From the NCBI GenBank assembly GCA_963765915.1, contig CAVXYB010000002.1:27026-91025 (forward strand): a stretch of 64,000 nt of DNA. The letters are read 5' to 3'. Numbering within the stretch: the first letter of the stretch is position 1; each line of letters opens with the position of its first letter. This document shows positions 60,719 to 64,000 of the stretch, piece by piece. The notes beneath the pieces were generated by a model. The model was not told where the DNA came from and searched no databases. It saw nothing but the letters and a program-made list of their open reading frames with translations. The stretch comes from an uncultured Actinomycetota bacterium. Lineage in GTDB: Bacteria; Actinomycetota; Actinomycetes; Propionibacteriales; Nocardioidaceae. The position numbers and the translations under genes are program-made.

Positions 60719-61012
60719 TCAGCGCTTGTCGCCCTTGCGCAGCCCCGGAGGCAGGTGGCCCGTCGATCGCGTGTAGTAGCCCGCGGCCCGGCGCTGGGCC
60801 AGCATCCTGGCCAGCGCGACTGCGGCACCCGTGATGCTCGCCCACACGACCGCCTCGCCGATGCTCACGTCGGGGTCGGCCGGGTTGTCCGGCGGGTTCT
60901 TGCCGGCGGCGACCTTCCACGAGCGGTCCAGGAGCATGCGGGTCACCGCGGCGGCGCCCAGCCCGGCGACCAGGGAGAAGACCGTCCACAGTTTCGAGCT
61001 GTCCGATGCCAT
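60719..61012 (-). CDS. DUF4235 family protein
   Basis: W..AAGKNPP.NP, EAVVWA. Confidence 0.85.
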   Translation of the reverse strand: MASDSSKLWTVFSLVAGLGAAAVTRMLLDRSWKVAAGKNPPDNPADPDVSIGEAVVWASITGAAVALARMLAQRRAAGYYTRSTGHLPPGLRKGDKR

Positions 61013-61030
61013 GGCCGGACAGTACCCACG

Positions 61031-61495
61031 TCAGGCGTGCGCGGACTCGGCCAGTCCGCGCACCGCGTTGGCGAGCTCGTCGGGATGCCGCGAGCTGACC
61101 AGCCAGTACGGCGCCGGGTCGGCCGGGTCGGTGATCTCGACGCGGATCGCCCGCTTCAGGTAGGGCCGCAGCAGCAGGTAGGCGCGCGCGTCCGCCTCGG
61201 GACCGGCGATCCGCCTGGTCTCCTCGGCGTCCAGGGCCGCGACCTCGCCGAGGTGAACGGCCTCGATCCGCGCCCGGCCGGCCCGGAGCCAGCCACCCTC
61301 GACGCTCACCCGCGCGTTGCCGTAGGAGAGCAGCAGCGACGCGAGCAGGGCCAGGGCGACCGCAGTGCACGCCCACGCTGCCGGGTCCGGGATCGCGACG
61401 ACGAGGGCCAGCCAGAGGCTTGCGACCAGCATGATGCCCTGCACCCACCAGCGCAGCGGGACGCCCAGCCTCTCCTCGTAGCCGGTCGAATCCAC
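61031..61495 (-). CDS. DUF3093 family protein
   Basis: [25 protein letters not shown]. Confidence 0.88.
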   Translation of the reverse strand: MDSTGYEERLGVPLRWWVQGIMLVASLWLALVVAIPDPAAWACTAVALALLASLLLSYGNARVSVEGGWLRAGRARIEAVHLGEVAALDAEETRRIAGPEADARAYLLLRPYLKRAIRVEITDPADPAPYWLVSSRHPDELANAVRGLAESAHA

Positions 61496-61538
61496 GCTGC
61501 GGATCCTCCCATTCCTCGCATCGGCTAACGTCCGACGG

Positions 61539-62018
61539 GTGGAGCTCCCGGTGCCCGTCGTACGCCTGGACCCCGACCTCCCGCTGCCGGCGTACGCCCA
61601 TCCCGGCGACGCCGGCGCCGACGTCGTGACCGCGGTCGACGTGACCCTGCGGCCGGGCGAGCGGGCGGTGGTCCCGACCGGCATGGCGATGGCGGTGCCC
61701 GAGGGGTACGTCGCCCTCGTGCACCCGCGGTCCGGGCTGGCCGCTCGGCACGGACTCTCGATCGTGAACACGCCGGGGACGATCGACGCCGGCTACCGCG
61801 GCGAGGTGAAGGTGCTTCTGGTCAACCACGACCCCATCGAGCCGATCGAGCTGCGCCGCGGCGACCGGATCGCCCAGCTGGTCTTCCAGCGCGTGGAGCA
61901 GGCGGGGTTCGTCGAGGTGGAGGTGCTGCCCGAGAGCAGGCGAGGGGTCGGCGGCTACGGTTCTACTGGAGGCTTCGGGATCGTCCCGGCAGCCGACGCA
62001 GGGAGTGCGAGCACGTGA
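61539..62018 (+). CDS. dut: dUTP diphosphatase
   Basis: [37 protein letters not shown]. Confidence 0.96.
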   Translation: MELPVPVVRLDPDLPLPAYAHPGDAGADVVTAVDVTLRPGERAVVPTGMAMAVPEGYVALVHPRSGLAARHGLSIVNTPGTIDAGYRGEVKVLLVNHDPIEPIELRRGDRIAQLVFQRVEQAGFVEVEVLPESRRGVGGYGSTGGFGIVPAADAGSAST

Positions 62019-62667
62019 AGTTCGGCCGCAAGGCGCCGGAAGACCGGTCGACGACGACAGCAGACCTCGATGAGGCCGCCGACGACCTCGACGAGCAGTC
62101 CTCCGCCGACACGTCGACGTCCGGACCCTACGACTCCGAGGAGCATGCCGCGGGCCGGAGAGGTCGAGCGGGTGGACCTCGGGCTCGCTCCTGATCACCC
62201 CGGAGCCCGACCGGGAGCTGCGGATCCAGGTCGACGAGGCCAGCGGCACGGTGCAGTCGGTCGTGATCGCCGGGCCGGACGGCGCCGTCGAGCTCCGGGC
62301 CTTCGCGGCGCCGCGTGGCGGCGATCTCTGGTCCGAGGCTCGGCCGCAGATCGCGGCCGAGGTGGCGCAGGCCGGTGGGACGGCCAGCGAGCGCGAGGGG
62401 CCGTGGGGGACCGAGCTGATCTGCCAGGTCGGCCAGCGCGGCAGCGCCAAGCAGGTCAGCCGCGTAATGGGCATCAACGGGCCCCGGTGGATGCTGCGCG
62501 CCTCGCTGCTGGGTCAGCCGGCCGTGAACCCGGACGACGCAGCGGCCTGGGAGGAGAGCATCCGCAAGGTCGGGGTGCACCGCGGCGCACACGCGATGCC
62601 GGTCGGCGAGGCGCTCCCGGTCGTGATGCCGCCGCAGGCCCGCCGGGTCGACCAGCCGAGCGGGTCG
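62015..62667 (+). pseudogene. DUF3710 family protein with two apparent frameshifts (~62145-62160 and ~62181) and no stop
   Basis: GPYDSEE / ERVDLG / SLLITP..ELRIQVDE lie in successive frames; FAAPR..LW, GPWGTEL, GPRWMLR. Confidence 0.8.
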
Positions 62668-63036
62668 ATGACCAAGAGCAGGCTGCGGCGCAACATCAGC
62701 CGCTGGGCGAACCCGTCGGACCAGGACACCCACCACCTCCGCAAGGAGTACGCACGCTCCGGGAAGTCCGGCACCATGTCGATCGCGGACGCTCCCGACC
62801 GCGAGCGGGTCAAGCTGCGGGGCGCGCTGCGGACCGTCACGCTGCGCCCGCGCGCCGGCGTACCGGTCCTGGAGGCGGAGCTCAACGACGGCTCGGGGGT
62901 CATCACCGTGGTCTGGCTCGGCCGTCGCCGGATCGCCGGGATCGAGCCGGGACGCGCCATCGAGGTCGAGGGCCGGATCGGCGCCCACGAGGGCGTCCGA
63001 GTCATGTACAACCCCCGCTACGAGCTCATCCCATGA
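62668..63036 (+). CDS. OB-fold nucleic acid-binding protein
   Basis: LEAELNDGSG, WLGRRRIAGIEPG, YNPRYEL; in frame with the upstream DUF3710 segment. Confidence 0.85.
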   Translation: MTKSRLRRNISRWANPSDQDTHHLRKEYARSGKSGTMSIADAPDRERVKLRGALRTVTLRPRAGVPVLEAELNDGSGVITVVWLGRRRIAGIEPGRAIEVEGRIGAHEGVRVMYNPRYELIP

Positions 63037-63760
63037 CCGAACGGCCGGCGACACGACCGAGGAGCAGCCGACCACCTCGGTGACGACCGTGGAGGCCGTG
63101 GTCCGCGCCCAGCTGGCCAAGGCGCTCGGCGGTCGCCGCGGCATGGTCGAGGCCGCGGTGCCGACGATCCTCTTCACGATCTTCTGGTTGACCACCCGCG
63201 AGCTCCAGCTGGCCCTCATCGTCAGCGTGGTGTCGGCGGTGGTACTGCTCGTCGTCCGCATCGTGCAGCGCTCGACCGTGCAGTTCGTGGTCAACGCGCT
63301 GGTGGGGATCGGCATCGGCTGGCTGTTCGTGACGCTCTCCGCCCGCAGCGGCGGCAGCGAGGACGACCAGGCGCTGGCCTACTTCCTGCCCGGCATCCTC
63401 TACAACTCGGGCTACACCGTGCTGCTGGCCTTCACCTGCCTGATCGGGTGGCCGCTGGTCGGTTTCATGGTCGGCAGCGTCACCGGCGACCCGACCGCCT
63501 GGCACGCCGATCGCCCGGTGGTGAAGCTGTGCACCCGGCTGACCTGGCTGCTGGCCCTCCCGTGCGTGCTCCGGGTCGTCGTGCAGGGGCCGGTCTGGCT
63601 GGCCGGCCACGCGGGTTCGATCGACGCCGACACCGCTGTGGCCGCGCTCGGCGTGCTCAAGATCGGCCTCGGCTGGCCGCTCCAGCTGGCCGCTCTCGCC
63701 GCGATGATGTGGGTGCTGGGCCGCGACCGCACCCCGCTGGAGCAGCCCCGCCCGGTCTGA
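63033..63760 (+). CDS. DUF3159 membrane protein (possible indel near 63042; open from 63080)
   Basis: LGGRRGMVE, YFLPGI, GWPLVG, GWPL. Confidence 0.85.
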
Positions 63761-63764
63761 CGGG

Positions 63765-64000
63765 TCAGTCGTGGTGGTCGGTGGGGGAGAGGAGCTTCTC
63801 GAGCGCGTCCTCGCGGTCCTCGGGGCAGACGAAGAGGAGTTCGTCGCCGGACTCGACGGGTTGCTCGGAGTCGGGGACGTAGACCTGGCCGTCGCGCAGG
63901 ATCGAGACCAGTGCGCAGTTGTCGGGGAAGGGGATCAGGCCGGTCGGCTTGCCGACGTAGGGGGAGTCCTCGGGCAGGGTCAGCTCCACGAGATTGGCGT
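63765..64000 (-). CDS. trkA: TrkA potassium uptake protein, C-terminal part (truncated by the window)
   Basis: RCK_C-like LVELTLPEDSPYVGK..ILRDG..VESGDELLF; usual neighbour of DUF3159. Confidence 0.85.
   Translation of the reverse strand, partial: ANLVELTLPEDSPYVGKPTGLIPFPDNCALVSILRDGQVYVPDSEQPVESGDELLFVCPEDREDALEKLLSPTDHHD

Overview
High-GC actinobacterial chromosome segment; gene content, order and repeat family suggest Nocardioides/Propionibacteriales (inference). Mostly core genes: rpsA, coaE, an HrdD-like sigma, ptrB, pxpABC, dinB, two Glu-Cys-ligase-family genes, the principal sigma (rpoD/hrdB), topoisomerase IV subunits, Pat acetyltransferase, tdk, sepH, hemH, suhB, dut and a trkA fragment. 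The standout is an ~800 bp gene-free stretch between pxpA and pxpB. It holds a phased cluster of DnaA-box-like sites followed by two tandem ~199-nt copies of a structured, apparently non-coding RNA with GNRA hairpins, a possible pseudoknot, pairing-preserving differences between copies and an invariant CTCATAC loop. I do not recognise this RNA family. Also notable: a 2.2-kb islet bounded by a 25-bp duplication of a gene 3' end; secreted repeat proteins sharing a YANV/FANV signal peptide; a REP/REPIN-like family with tandem amplifications (one in frame inside an MFS gene); a DinB-GNAT read-through ORF; and a probable non-canonical start for parE. Several genes carry single stops or indels that may be assembly errors. 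No CRISPR array, tRNA, rRNA, integrase or transposase was seen.
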